Both the position numbers and the translations under genes were made by a program. DNA of 64,000 nt from an uncultured delta proteobacterium (GTDB lineage: Bacteria > Myxococcota_A > Polyangia > Polyangiales > B10-G4): positions 960,001-1,024,000 of the forward strand of contig CAVSGI010000010.1 of assembly GCA_963727445.1 (NCBI GenBank). The letters are read 5' to 3'. Of the stretch, positions 29,882 through 39,688 are shown one piece after another. Each line of letters starts with the position of its first letter. Within the stretch, counting starts at the first letter, position 1. The notes under the pieces were generated by a model that saw only the letters and a list, made by a program, of their open reading frames with translations, was not told the origin of the DNA and ran no database searches.

Positions 29882-30838
29882 ATGCTGCATCGGACAACGC
29901 TCATCGTCGCTCTCATCGCCGCCAACCTCCTCGTCTTCCTCCCGGGCGGAGGTCTCGTGGGGATCGATGACAAGATCGCTGGAGCGGCGGCGTCCATCGT
30001 CGCCGAGGACAAGAGCGCCGCCGCGGACGCCGAGGCGCCCGGCGCCCTCGCTCCGGTGCCCGAGGTCGAGATCGCCGCGCCGACCGCGGTGGAAGAGCTC
30101 CCCACCGCCCCCACCTTCGAGACCACCCTCGCCAGCTACTCCACCCGCTATCACTTCGGTGGGAGCCACGCGGGCCGCGCGCACAACGTCGAGCAGGCCG
30201 CGGCGATCCTGAACGGCGCCATCATCGGCCCCCACCAGCAGCTCAGCTTCAACGAGCACGTCGGTCCGCGCGACCGCAACAACGGATTTCGCATGGCGAA
30301 GGTCATCGACGGCGGCCGCCTCGTCCCCGGCATGGGCGGTGGCGTCTGCCAGGTCGCGAGCACGCTGCATGCGGCGGCGCTCGAGGGTGGGCTCGACATC
30401 GTGCAGTCCCGCCCGCACAGCCGTCCGAGCCACTACATCCCGATGGGGATGGACGCCACCGTCTCCTATCCGCAGCTCGACCTGGTGATCGAGAACCCCT
30501 TCGACTTCCCTGTGCTCGTCTCTTCGCGCGCGGGCGAAGGTGAGATGTACGTCGAGCTCCGCGGCCAGGCGCGCCCCCGCGAGGTGGAGATCGAGCACCA
30601 CGTCGTGCACCGCTTCGCCTACGGTCACGAAGTCGAGGAAGACCCGAGCCTGCCCCTCGGCCGGCGCGTGGTCGAGCAGCACGGCATCCGCGGCGCGCGG
30701 GTGGAGGTCCTCCGCACCATCACCGAAAACGGCGAGACGCACGTCGAGCGCGACTTCGTTCGCTATCCCTCCACCGACGAGGTGGTGCGCGTCGGCACCG
30801 GCGCCCCCCGCCTCGAAGGTGCGCTCGCCCTGCGCTGA
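29882..30838 (+). CDS. VanW-family protein with a G5 domain
   Basis: RAHNV..AA..LNG, SFNEHVGPR, GGGVCQVASTL, HSRPSHYIPMGMDATV; EEDPSLPLGRRVVEQHG (G5). Confidence 0.88.
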   Translation: MLHRTTLIVALIAANLLVFLPGGGLVGIDDKIAGAAASIVAEDKSAAADAEAPGALAPVPEVEIAAPTAVEELPTAPTFETTLASYSTRYHFGGSHAGRAHNVEQAAAILNGAIIGPHQQLSFNEHVGPRDRNNGFRMAKVIDGGRLVPGMGGGVCQVASTLHAAALEGGLDIVQSRPHSRPSHYIPMGMDATVSYPQLDLVIENPFDFPVLVSSRAGEGEMYVELRGQARPREVEIEHHVVHRFAYGHEVEEDPSLPLGRRVVEQHGIRGARVEVLRTITENGETHVERDFVRYPSTDEVVRVGTGAPRLEGALALR

Positions 30839-30890
30839 GCGCCGAAGATTCTTCGTCCCATTTTCGTGCCCCCCTCGCACCGAGGGGGGC

Positions 30891-31502
30891 ATGATGCTCT
30901 TTCGATTCACTCTCGCGCTCGGCGTCCTGCTCGCCAGCGCCAGCGCTGCCCAGGCACAACGCAGCTCGGGCTTTTCGACGCGCGAGCGCGAGGCCCTGAG
31001 TCGCGGCGAGATCGTGCGCCGCGTGCTCTCCTCCGAAGGCCAGGACCATCGCGCCTACGGCGGGGTCAGCTTCCTCTTCATCGACGCACCTGTCGACGAG
31101 GTCTGGGCGAAAGCCAGCGACGCCAGCGCCCTCACGGATCTCATCCCCACGCTCTCGAGCGCGCGGGTGGTCGAAGAGGGTGCGGGTCAACGGCTTCTCT
31201 TCATGCACCACAGCTACGGCGTCGGGCAGACCGACTACTACATGCGCATGGCGGTCGACGACACGCACCACCAGCTACGCTTCGCGGTCGACGCCTCCCG
31301 GCCACACGACGTGCGGAGCGGCAACGGGTTCTTGTCGCTGAGTCGCTACCGCGGCGGGACGATGGTGAGCTGGGGCATGCGCCTCGATCCCGGCGTCGGG
31401 ATCCTGGGTGAGCTCTTCTCGGGGGCCCTCGACGCATGGCTCCTCAAGCCGCCCCTCTGTTTGCGGGATGCGCTGAGGCCGGGTCCGGAGCCGTCGTGCT
31501 GA
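30891..31502 (+). CDS. Secreted SRPBCC/START-like protein
   Basis: Signal peptide ending ASAAQA; FIDAPVDEVW...LIP pattern. Confidence 0.65.
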   Translation: MMLFRFTLALGVLLASASAAQAQRSSGFSTREREALSRGEIVRRVLSSEGQDHRAYGGVSFLFIDAPVDEVWAKASDASALTDLIPTLSSARVVEEGAGQRLLFMHHSYGVGQTDYYMRMAVDDTHHQLRFAVDASRPHDVRSGNGFLSLSRYRGGTMVSWGMRLDPGVGILGELFSGALDAWLLKPPLCLRDALRPGPEPSC

Positions 31503-32308
31503 CGGGCCGGGTCTTCGCCGTGACTGGCGCCAACACCGGCGTCGGTCGCGCCACGGCGATGGCGCTGGCCGCGCGGGGCGCGCGGGTCCTGCTCCTCTGC
31601 CGCGACGACGCACGCGCCGCCGAGGCCGCGGACGCCATCAGGGACGAGACCGGCAACACGCGCGTCGAAACGATCCACCTCGATCTCGGGGATCTCTCCT
31701 CGGTGGCGGTGGCGGCTGAGGAGATCGCGCGACGTGCACCGCACCTCGACGCCCTCATCAACAACGCAGGCGTCGCCGGCGCGCGGGGAACGACCGCCGA
31801 CGGTTTCGAGCTCGCCTTCGGCGTGAACCACCTGGGCCACTACGCGCTGACCCGGCGCCTGCTGGCCCGCATCGACCGCGTCGTCCACGTCACCTCGGGC
31901 TCCCACGCACGCGCTCACCGCCTCGACTTCCGCCGCCTCGAAGGCCCCACCCGCTCGCTCACCGGCATCGAGGAGTACGCGGTCTCGAAGCTCTGCGTGA
32001 TGCTCTTCCATCACGAGCTCCCGCGACGCTTCCCGGAGGTGCTCACCCTCGCGGCCAATCCCGGTGACGTGGCCTCCGACGCGTGGCGTCACGTCCCCTG
32101 CCCCGTGCGCCACTTTCTGGTCCGCGGGATGAAGCCTCCCGAGGAGGGGGCGAAGACTAGCGTGCACTGCGCCGTCGAGGACGACCTCCCCTCCGGGGCG
32201 AGCTTCGTCGACGAAGCGCCCTTCGAGGCGAGCGCGCTCTCGCACGACCCGGCGCTCGCCGCCCAGCTCTGGGAGCGGAGCGCGCGCTACGCGGGGCTCG
32301 CGCCATGA
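31496..32308 (+). CDS. Short-chain dehydrogenase/reductase (retinol-DH-like)
   Basis: VTGANTGVG, LINNAG, FGVNHLGH, YAVSK. Confidence 0.9.
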   Translation: MLTGRVFAVTGANTGVGRATAMALAARGARVLLLCRDDARAAEAADAIRDETGNTRVETIHLDLGDLSSVAVAAEEIARRAPHLDALINNAGVAGARGTTADGFELAFGVNHLGHYALTRRLLARIDRVVHVTSGSHARAHRLDFRRLEGPTRSLTGIEEYAVSKLCVMLFHHELPRRFPEVLTLAANPGDVASDAWRHVPCPVRHFLVRGMKPPEEGAKTSVHCAVEDDLPSGASFVDEAPFEASALSHDPALAAQLWERSARYAGLAP

Positions 32309-34137
32309 GCCGCCGCGCCGCGCTCTCCCTGGCCAAGCGCGCGCTGCCGCCGCTCCTCGGCGTCGTGGGGCTCTTCGCGATCGGGGCGCTGGTGAAGAGC
32401 GCAGGCGCTGTGGAGATCGGCGCAACGCTCTTGGACGCCTGGCCGTGGCTCTTCGGGATCGTCCTGCTCGAAGCCGGCGCGGCCGCCGTCGAAGCCTCGG
32501 CGGTGTGCACGCTTCTCGGGGATCGCGCAGCGGCGGTGCCCACCCATGGCTGGGTGCGAAGCAGCGGGCTCGCCGTCGCCTGTGCGCTGCTCTTGCCCGG
32601 TGGGAGGGTGCTCGGCGAGGTCGTCCGCGCGACGGCGCTCGGCCGATGGGTCGACGGCGCCGAGGCCGCGGCCCTCGTCCTCCGCGTCCACGGCACCTAC
32701 CTCCTCACCATCTCCCTCGCCTCGCTGCTCTGTCTGGCCGCAGCCTGCGCAGCACCCGAGCCGAGCTCTCTCCTGGTCGGCCTCCTTCTCTACGGCACCT
32801 GCTTCAACCTCGGCCTCGGCACCCTCTTCCTCGCCGGGCCACGCCGCGCGCGCGTGGGGCGCTTCCTCGCGCGACGCGTCGGTCTGCTCGCCGACTTCGG
32901 GCCGCGCTTCGACGACGCGTTTCGGAAGAGCTCGTTCCTCGACCCCCGCGCCTACCTGCGCCTCGTCGGCGCGCGCGCGCTCCACGCCGCGAGCTCCGCC
33001 ACCGCTCTCGTCGCGATCCTCGGCGTCGCGGGCGCGTCGCCCGCACGGATCCTCGTCAGCGAAGGCATTCAGCTCGTCGCCTCCCACGCCGGCGATACCG
33101 TCCCGGGCCAGGTGGGCGTGCTCGAAGGCGCCTATCGGCTCTTCGCCGGCATGTTGGGTCTCGGTGAAGCGCTCGGGCTCGCCCTGAGCATCGCCCTCCT
33201 CTTCCGCATCGCGCGCGTCGTGCTCGCCCTCGTCGCGTCGGCGCTCTCCGCGCTCCTCCGCGAACGAAGCGCGAGCGGCGCGGCGGCCCTCGCCGCCTCC
33301 GCGCTCCTCGCCTCGTCCGCGCTCCTCACGGCGCCCGCCGATGCACAGAGCGCCACGGTGGTCGTGCGCCAGCGCGTCGTCGGCGTGATCACCCCCATGG
33401 GCGCCGAGCACGCGATAGGGGTGGGGATGCACGTCCCCCTCAGCCGGAGCGGCAACCCTCTCTTCGAAGGAACCCACCTGGAGCTCGGCGCCCGCACCTA
33501 CACCTCGCCGGTCTACTCGCAGACGGGCGCGTACCTCCAGGTGAGCCCGCTCGCGTTCTTGATCCTCCGCGCCGAAGCCGGCGGCAAGGCGCTCTGGTCC
33601 ATCGGCATGGATGGCGCGGGCTTCTATCCCGTGGGCGGCTACGACGCCGACGTCCGCTCACGGAACCTGCCCGCCGCCGCGGGCCGCGTGGCGTCGGGCC
33701 TCAACGCACAGATGAGCGCGATCCTGCAGGGCGCGTTCTCCGTCGGCGCGTGGCGTCCGATCTTCTGGAATCAGTTGGTGGTCGAATACGAACGCCTCGG
33801 AGCGGAGGACTATCACTACTCGCCCAAGTACGACCTGGTGCTCGCGCGAAGCGAGTGGATGATCGCGAACACCGCGATGGTGCTCCTCGAGCGCAGCTTC
33901 GGGGATCGTCTGGCCCTGCGCGCCGGCGGCTACGACGACCTCCGCTACGTCCTGGCCTCGGGCGCGCGCTCGCATCAGCTCGGGCTCACCGCCATGGTCG
34001 CCATCGGCTCCGGCGGCTGGCTGCGAGAGCTCCTGATCTTCGCGCGCGCGGGCGTCTTGCTCGCGCCCGAGCGGCGCGCCGACCAGGCGACGGGCCTGGT
34101 CGGCTTGATCGCGCGCTACGACGTGGGTGAGCTCTGA
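32305..34137 (+). CDS. UPF0104/LPG-synthase-like flippase domain fused to a putative beta-barrel domain
   Basis: Multi-TM N-half with LLPGGRVLGEVVR and VPGQVGVLEGAY; internal signal-like ASSALLTAPADAQ; amphipathic beta-strand C-half. Confidence 0.6.
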   Translation: MSRRAALSLAKRALPPLLGVVGLFAIGALVKSAGAVEIGATLLDAWPWLFGIVLLEAGAAAVEASAVCTLLGDRAAAVPTHGWVRSSGLAVACALLLPGGRVLGEVVRATALGRWVDGAEAAALVLRVHGTYLLTISLASLLCLAAACAAPEPSSLLVGLLLYGTCFNLGLGTLFLAGPRRARVGRFLARRVGLLADFGPRFDDAFRKSSFLDPRAYLRLVGARALHAASSATALVAILGVAGASPARILVSEGIQLVASHAGDTVPGQVGVLEGAYRLFAGMLGLGEALGLALSIALLFRIARVVLALVASALSALLRERSASGAAALAASALLASSALLTAPADAQSATVVVRQRVVGVITPMGAEHAIGVGMHVPLSRSGNPLFEGTHLELGARTYTSPVYSQTGAYLQVSPLAFLILRAEAGGKALWSIGMDGAGFYPVGGYDADVRSRNLPAAAGRVASGLNAQMSAILQGAFSVGAWRPIFWNQLVVEYERLGAEDYHYSPKYDLVLARSEWMIANTAMVLLERSFGDRLALRAGGYDDLRYVLASGARSHQLGLTAMVAIGSGGWLRELLIFARAGVLLAPERRADQATGLVGLIARYDVGEL

Positions 34138-34144
34138 GGTCGAC

Positions 34145-35002
34145 TCAAGCGACTTCGGCCAGCGCCTGGGCCTTGGCCTCGAGGTCCTCGCCTTCGAGGC
34201 GAAGCTCCGCGAGCACGGCGTCGTCGATGCCGGTGGAGAGCGCGTGGGCACGTCCGGCGGCGCGCGACGCGCGGGTGAGCGCGCTCAAATAGGCGTCGAT
34301 GCGGCGATCGAGGACGGCGTGCTGGCCGGTGGAGCCGTCGATGCGCGAGGTGGCGGTGGCGAGGAGCGCGCGGTAGGCGCGCTCGAGGCGCCTGCGCGTG
34401 CCGCGCGAGAGGCGATAGTCGGCGTCGACATGACGGCGACGCAGCACCACCGCGCGGAGCAGGCCGTAGCGGCGCGCGCCAGAGGCGCGGTCCGCCAGCA
34501 TGCGCAGCCGGTGCGTGACGCGATCGTCGATGGTGATGAGGAGCGGCGCCGCCGCGAGGAGCGCAGCGACGGTGACGGCGGCGCCGCGGATCAACCAGTC
34601 CGCGCCGACATAGGCCCACGCCACCCAGGCGGCGATGCCGCCGCAGAGGAACGCGAGGGTGCCGATCAGAACCTGGGTGACGACGTTGCGCGCCCGGACG
34701 AGGCGCTCGCCGTAGGCGAAGCTGACGAGGAGCGCCCCGGCGAGCGCGACCGACATGGGAGCGAAGGCGGTGTAGAGAGCGGCCCCGAGCGCGCCGAAGC
34801 CGACCGCCGCCGGACTGAGGCCGCCCGAGAGCACCACCGCGAGGAGGACGCCGGCGGCGACGCCGAAGGCGGCCGCCACCAACGGATGCGCGGTGGAGAT
34901 GAAGGGCGCCGCGGTGAGCACGGCGCCGAGGAGCAGGACGCGGCCGGAAGAGGTCGCGGCCGTGGCCATGCCGGCGGTGGATCGGCTTCGGGCGGAGGAC
35001 AT
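34145..35002 (-). CDS. Hypothetical membrane protein with a C-terminal helical region
   Basis: ATG overlaps the vWA gene stop; about 6 TM segments. Confidence 0.6.
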   Translation of the reverse strand: MSSARSRSTAGMATAATSSGRVLLLGAVLTAAPFISTAHPLVAAAFGVAAGVLLAVVLSGGLSPAAVGFGALGAALYTAFAPMSVALAGALLVSFAYGERLVRARNVVTQVLIGTLAFLCGGIAAWVAWAYVGADWLIRGAAVTVAALLAAAPLLITIDDRVTHRLRMLADRASGARRYGLLRAVVLRRRHVDADYRLSRGTRRRLERAYRALLATATSRIDGSTGQHAVLDRRIDAYLSALTRASRAAGRAHALSTGIDDAVLAELRLEGEDLEAKAQALAEVA

Positions 35003-36468
35003 CAGTAGGCCACCCGCGTGCGACGCTGTGCGTTGGAGCGCAGGCCGTAGGCGCGCCCAGCGCCGGAGCTCGCGCTCACCGAGTCGAAGGCCTCGCCGTC
35101 CGCCTCGATGCCCGAGATGGTCGCCTCGAGCCGCGGCGCAGCCGAGGGCGCGGCGGCCTGCACCTCGCGGAGCCTGCGCACGTTCTGCTGCGCGATGTTG
35201 CGGGCGCGGGTCGCGTCGCCGGAGCGCCACGCATCGACTGCGTCCTTCTGCTCGGCGTCGACCACTACCGCCCAGGTCTCGGCGTAGACCTCTTCGTTGC
35301 GGGTCGCCGCGACCTCGGCCTCGGTGCCCACTACGGCGAGCGCCAGCGCGGCGCCGCCGATCTGGTGGATCTCGGAGTCGACGACCGTGCGGTAGTCGAC
35401 GGTGGCGCCGAGATCGCCTAGCCCGCCCGGCGCGCCCGCGACGATCTCGAGCTCGAGCACGGCGCGGCGCGAGCCGCCGGCCGGGAGCGGGCCGAAGGGA
35501 ATCCGGGTCTGGCCGGTCGTCCCAGTGATGTCCGCGCCGTGTGCCCGCGCGACGCGCACGCCGCTCGGCAGGGTGATCAGCGTCGCCACGCTGTCGACGA
35601 CGGTGGTGCTCGCCTGGTCGAGCTCGCGGCGAAGGAACGCCTGGAGCTCGCTGCCGCTCGCGAGGAACTCGTAGTTGCCGCGGCCGGAGTCGGCCACCGA
35701 GGTCATGAAGCGCTCGTCGTAGTCGGTGCCGATACCGAGGGACGAGGTGGAGACGCCCTGAGACGCGCGGTTGCGGATCTGCGAAGAGACCATCTCCACC
35801 GACTGACCCGAGCCGTCGAGCCCATCGGAGAGGAGCACCATGCGGCGCACCAGGTTCTCCGGGGCGCCTTCGAGGGCGCGCGCACCGGCGGTGAGCGCCT
35901 GCGGGATCACCGTGCCGCCGCCGGGCTGGATCATGGCGATGCGCCCGTAGAGCTCCTGGCGCACGGCGCCAACTGGAGCGAGAGGCTGGATCACGTAGGT
36001 CTCGTGGTCGTAGGTGATGATCGCGACCTGGTCCTCGTCACGCATGCGCTCGACGAGCTGGCGGACGGCGTTCTTCGCCTGCTGGATCTTGTCGCCGTGC
36101 ATCGAGCCGGAGACGTCGAGCACCACCGCGAGGGCCACGGGCTGGCGCTCGGCGGCGGTGGCGGCGTTTTCGTCGGCGGTCAGGCGGAGCTCGGCGAGGA
36201 GCCGGCGCGTACCGTTGGCGAGGACCGCTCCCTGGGAGATCGCCAGATGGCCGCTGATGCCCGGCCCGGAGAGGGCGACCTTGGTCGGCCCGAGATTCTG
36301 AACGCTGACCCCCTGGGTCGTGGGGAAGCCGCCGAGCGTCTCGGCCTGACGGGGCGCCGCGTGGCCTGGGGCACGCATGAGCACGATGCCGCCTGCGGCG
36401 AGGGCGACGCATCCGAGAGCGAGCGCCCAGCCTCCCTTCCTGAGCTTCTGCCTGATCTTCTTCTTCAT
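35002..36468 (-). CDS. vWA (MIDAS) domain protein, YfbK-like
   Basis: VVLDVSGSM, PGGGT, VLLSDG, SLGIGTDYDE, GRGNY. Confidence 0.88.
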   Translation of the reverse strand: MKKKIRQKLRKGGWALALGCVALAAGGIVLMRAPGHAAPRQAETLGGFPTTQGVSVQNLGPTKVALSGPGISGHLAISQGAVLANGTRRLLAELRLTADENAATAAERQPVALAVVLDVSGSMHGDKIQQAKNAVRQLVERMRDEDQVAIITYDHETYVIQPLAPVGAVRQELYGRIAMIQPGGGTVIPQALTAGARALEGAPENLVRRMVLLSDGLDGSGQSVEMVSSQIRNRASQGVSTSSLGIGTDYDERFMTSVADSGRGNYEFLASGSELQAFLRRELDQASTTVVDSVATLITLPSGVRVARAHGADITGTTGQTRIPFGPLPAGGSRRAVLELEIVAGAPGGLGDLGATVDYRTVVDSEIHQIGGAALALAVVGTEAEVAATRNEEVYAETWAVVVDAEQKDAVDAWRSGDATRARNIAQQNVRRLREVQAAAPSAAPRLEATISGIEADGEAFDSVSASSGAGRAYGLRSNAQRRTRVAY

Positions 36469-36648
36469 CCGAAAAACCTCCTCCGCGCCGGTCCCCTCGA
36501 CGTCCAAGTTGACCCAGACGATCGAAACCGGTGGTTAGGTCTCCGTAAAAACGGCCGACCTTGGCTTCCGGAGGTTTTTGGTGGTGCGATGCGGCAGCAC
36601 CGCACGCGAAAAGGGCGCTATTTCAGCGGGTTCGAGCGGCCGTGCGCG

Positions 36649-37371
36649 CTACTGCTGCTGGACGACCTGAGGGCCGTCTTCTTCGCCGTGCTCGACGATC
36701 TCGATGCCGCCTCCAGACCCCGAACCCTGGGCGGTGGGCTCGGAGGTCTGCTGGACGGGGGCCTGACCCCCGGCGGTCGTCGTCGCGGTCCCCGCGGGCA
36801 GGGTCTGGGCCGGCGGCGCCACCTGCTGGCCGGGCATGCCGTCGATGCTGGCGACCGTGTCCCCGTTGAAGTGGACCACCACGCGACCCGAGCTCCCCCA
36901 GAACGTCCACGCCGGCATGTTCAGATCCGGTGTCTCGTGGTCCGGCGGATAGCCGAGGGCGGCGATCACGCCGGCTCTGGACATACCGATGGCCGGCAAG
37001 CCGGTCTGCACACCCTGTCGATCGACGGCGCTCATCTGGTCCATCTTGGGGCACTGGGTCCCGAAGTAGTGCTGCAGATGCGTCTGCACAGGCAGGCGCG
37101 AGGCGCGATGGATCACGTAACGATAGCGGGTGCCGGCCGCGTCGAAGATGATCTCGCGGCCGCGTGCGCGCCGCACCAGCACCGGCGTGCAAGCGGGGAT
37201 CATCACGCTGCCGCGCCACTCGTTGATCGAGGTCAGCTGCGTGCCGTGCGCGCGCAGATTGGTGAGCGTCAGGAGGTTGCCTCCGTTCTCGAGGGGAACG
37301 GAGCGACGGCAGCCACCGGTGCAGAGCAAGACGAAGGCTGCGAAGGCAAAGAGCAGGTAAGGTCGGCGCAT
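36649..37371 (-). CDS. Lipoprotein with a SmpA/OmlA-like C-terminal motif
   Basis: LLCTGGC lipobox; IGMSRAGVIAALGYPP. Confidence 0.65.
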   Translation of the reverse strand: MRRPYLLFAFAAFVLLCTGGCRRSVPLENGGNLLTLTNLRAHGTQLTSINEWRGSVMIPACTPVLVRRARGREIIFDAAGTRYRYVIHRASRLPVQTHLQHYFGTQCPKMDQMSAVDRQGVQTGLPAIGMSRAGVIAALGYPPDHETPDLNMPAWTFWGSSGRVVVHFNGDTVASIDGMPGQQVAPPAQTLPAGTATTTAGGQAPVQQTSEPTAQGSGSGGGIEIVEHGEEDGPQVVQQQ

Positions 37372-37419
37372 GGCAAGCCCAGGGTAGAGGAAGCGAAGAC
37401 GACTGTCAGGAGACCGTAT

Positions 37420-38472
37420 TCACCGACCGCGAGCGCTCGTCCCCGCGGAACCCCGGGTTTTGCGCCGCCGCACGAAGGCGCCGAGGAAGAGCCAGGGGAG
37501 GTGCGCGAAAGGAGTGGACCCCACCGCGTTACAGCCGCCGCCGTCACCGGTGGACCCAGCATCCGCAAGGGCTCCATCACCCCCATCCGTGGATGCATCC
37601 GGCGCCGCGCCGTCGCCAGCACCGCCGTCGTCGATGACCGCATCTGGGGAGACCCAGGCCGGCAGGGAATAGCCACCGTCCGAAGCGGCCGCGCGTCCGA
37701 GCTCCCGCAGCCAGTCGCGCCACGCGTAGGTCGCCGAGAGGATCGGCGCACCGCACGGGTTGACGCCGCGGGAGGTCACGCCGATCACACGCCCCTCGGC
37801 GTCGAGGGCCGGCGAGCCGGAGTCGTACTCGCAGATCACCCCGTCGCCGACCTCGAGCTCCGTGTCCTGCACGAAACCATCACCGCATGCGGCGGCGCCG
37901 ACGCAGACCACCTCCAGCCCTTCCCCGACGCGGCGCTCTCCGAGGCCGCCGCCGCTGCCATCGCTCCCGAAGCCGACGGCGGTCACGACCTCGCCTGCGA
38001 TCGCGGGTGCGTCCAGCCGCGGTGGGAAGGGCGTGGCCTCGCTCGCGTCCAGGTTTCGCGCGAGCACGACAGCGGCGATGTCGAAGCCGCACTCGTCGTT
38101 TCCATCCGGAGGCACTTCAATCCGCGCTCCGGCGACGTAGACGCTCGGGTCGTCGGGGGGCATGACGCCCATCGTGGTGGAGAGCGTCTGATCGCCCGCG
38201 ACCGGCGTCCCCAGAGGCGAGCTTCCGCAGGCGACGAACCCGCCGGTGGTCGGCGAGACGCAGTGACGGGCGGTGAGCACGAGGTTGGGCGAAAGGAGGA
38301 CGCCGGTGCAGCGGGCCACGCCCGAGGGCTTGTTGATGAAGATGCCGACGACTCCGGGATAGCTCCCGTCGTCGAGGGTGCCGTTCACTGCGCCTCGGGT
38401 CGCCCCGACGTCTTCGGAGTGACAGCCGACGCTCCAGGCGAGCAGCGCGGCGATTGTCAGAACGTGACGCAC
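37420..38472 (-). CDS. Trypsin-like (S1) serine protease with an N-terminal lipobox and a MYXO-CTERM-like tail
   Basis: WSVGC; CTGVLL..VLTARHC; FDIAAV; CEYDSGSP; GGGC..hydrophobic..RRRK. Confidence 0.82.
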   Translation of the reverse strand: MRHVLTIAALLAWSVGCHSEDVGATRGAVNGTLDDGSYPGVVGIFINKPSGVARCTGVLLSPNLVLTARHCVSPTTGGFVACGSSPLGTPVAGDQTLSTTMGVMPPDDPSVYVAGARIEVPPDGNDECGFDIAAVVLARNLDASEATPFPPRLDAPAIAGEVVTAVGFGSDGSGGGLGERRVGEGLEVVCVGAAACGDGFVQDTELEVGDGVICEYDSGSPALDAEGRVIGVTSRGVNPCGAPILSATYAWRDWLRELGRAAASDGGYSLPAWVSPDAVIDDGGAGDGAAPDASTDGGDGALADAGSTGDGGGCNAVGSTPFAHLPWLFLGAFVRRRKTRGSAGTSARGR

Positions 38473-38545
38473 GACGACTCCAATGTACCAGCTCGGCAGG
38501 GCTCAGCGGTTGCGGTCAGAGCCCGTCGACGCTACCCCCTTCGCC

Positions 38546-39688
38546 ATGCGCTTCGATGCCGTCTCGCTCCGCCACGCGCTGCACCGATCCGCCGAGATCG
38601 CTGGCGAGGAGCGAGCGACCGCGGCGCGTATCGTTCGGACGCTCGAGGCGTTCGAGCCCGACGACCTGCTGACGGAGGTCGGTGGCCACGGTGTCATCGC
38701 GACGTTCCGTGGCAGCGAAGCGGGTCCCCGCGTCTTCCTCCGCGCCGAGCTCGACGCGCTCCCCATGCCGGAGGGCACACCCCTGCCCTACGCCTCGGCG
38801 TCGAGCAAGGCAGCGCACAAATGCGGTCACGACGGACACATGACCATGGTCGCCGGCCTCGCGCCGCGGTTCCGCGAGACGCCCCCGCGGCGGGGCGAGG
38901 TCCACCTGCTCTTTCAGCCAGCCGAAGAGGTCGGCCGCGGTGCGGCGCACATGCTCGAAGATCCGCGCCTCTCTCTCGCGCCGACCGATTGGATCTTCGC
39001 CGCCCACAACCTCCCCGGCCATCCACTCGGCGAGGTGGTGCTCCGCGAGGGCACCTTCGCCGCGGCGTCGACCGGCTTCGCGTTCCACCTCGGCGGCACG
39101 TCTTCCCACGCTGCCGAGCCGGAGCGTGGCAAGAGCCCGGCCCTCGCGATGGCCCACCTCGTCTCCGCGCTGAGCGCCCTACCGCAAACCGAGTCCGCCC
39201 TCGGCGAGGGCGGGAAGGTGACCGTGGTCCATGCGCGCCTCGGCGATCCGGCCTTCGGAACGAGCCCTGGCGACGCCGTCGTCATGGCGACCTTCCGCGC
39301 CTACGAGACCGCGCTCCTCGACCGCCTGATCGCCCGCGCCGAGCGCCTCGCGGAGGGGGCCGCCACGGCCCACGGGCTCACCCTTCGCACCGAGCGGGTC
39401 GACCCCTTCCCCGCCACCATCAACGATCGCGAGGCCGTCGAGCGCCTCGAGCGCGCAGCAGCGACCCTAGGGATGCGCGTCGTCCGCGCCGAGGCGCCGT
39501 TTGCCTGGTCCGAGGACTTCGGCCACTTCACCGCGGGCCGGCGCGGCGCCCTCTTCGGCCTCGGGGCCGGCGAAGAGCAACCGCCGCTGCATCACCCCAG
39601 CTACGACTTCCCCGACGCGCTCCTCGACCGCGGCACCGATCTCCTCGAGGCGGTCACCCGCGCGTGCCTCGATGAGGACGAGGCATGA
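38546..39688 (+). CDS. M20D-family amidohydrolase
   Basis: LRAELDALP, HKCGHDGH, FQPAEEVG, HNLPG, SHAAEP, WSEDFG, LHHPSYDFPD. Confidence 0.9.
   Translation: MRFDAVSLRHALHRSAEIAGEERATAARIVRTLEAFEPDDLLTEVGGHGVIATFRGSEAGPRVFLRAELDALPMPEGTPLPYASASSKAAHKCGHDGHMTMVAGLAPRFRETPPRRGEVHLLFQPAEEVGRGAAHMLEDPRLSLAPTDWIFAAHNLPGHPLGEVVLREGTFAAASTGFAFHLGGTSSHAAEPERGKSPALAMAHLVSALSALPQTESALGEGGKVTVVHARLGDPAFGTSPGDAVVMATFRAYETALLDRLIARAERLAEGAATAHGLTLRTERVDPFPATINDREAVERLERAAATLGMRVVRAEAPFAWSEDFGHFTAGRRGALFGLGAGEEQPPLHHPSYDFPDALLDRGTDLLEAVTRACLDEDEA

Noticed and set aside
29882..30838. Vancomycin resistance locus
   Set aside because: VanW-G5 proteins are widespread and no vanHAX or vanRS genes are present.
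35539..39675. 1378-aa plus-strand ORF
   Set aside because: It is Arg/Ala/Gly-rich and overlaps four well-supported genes in other frames.
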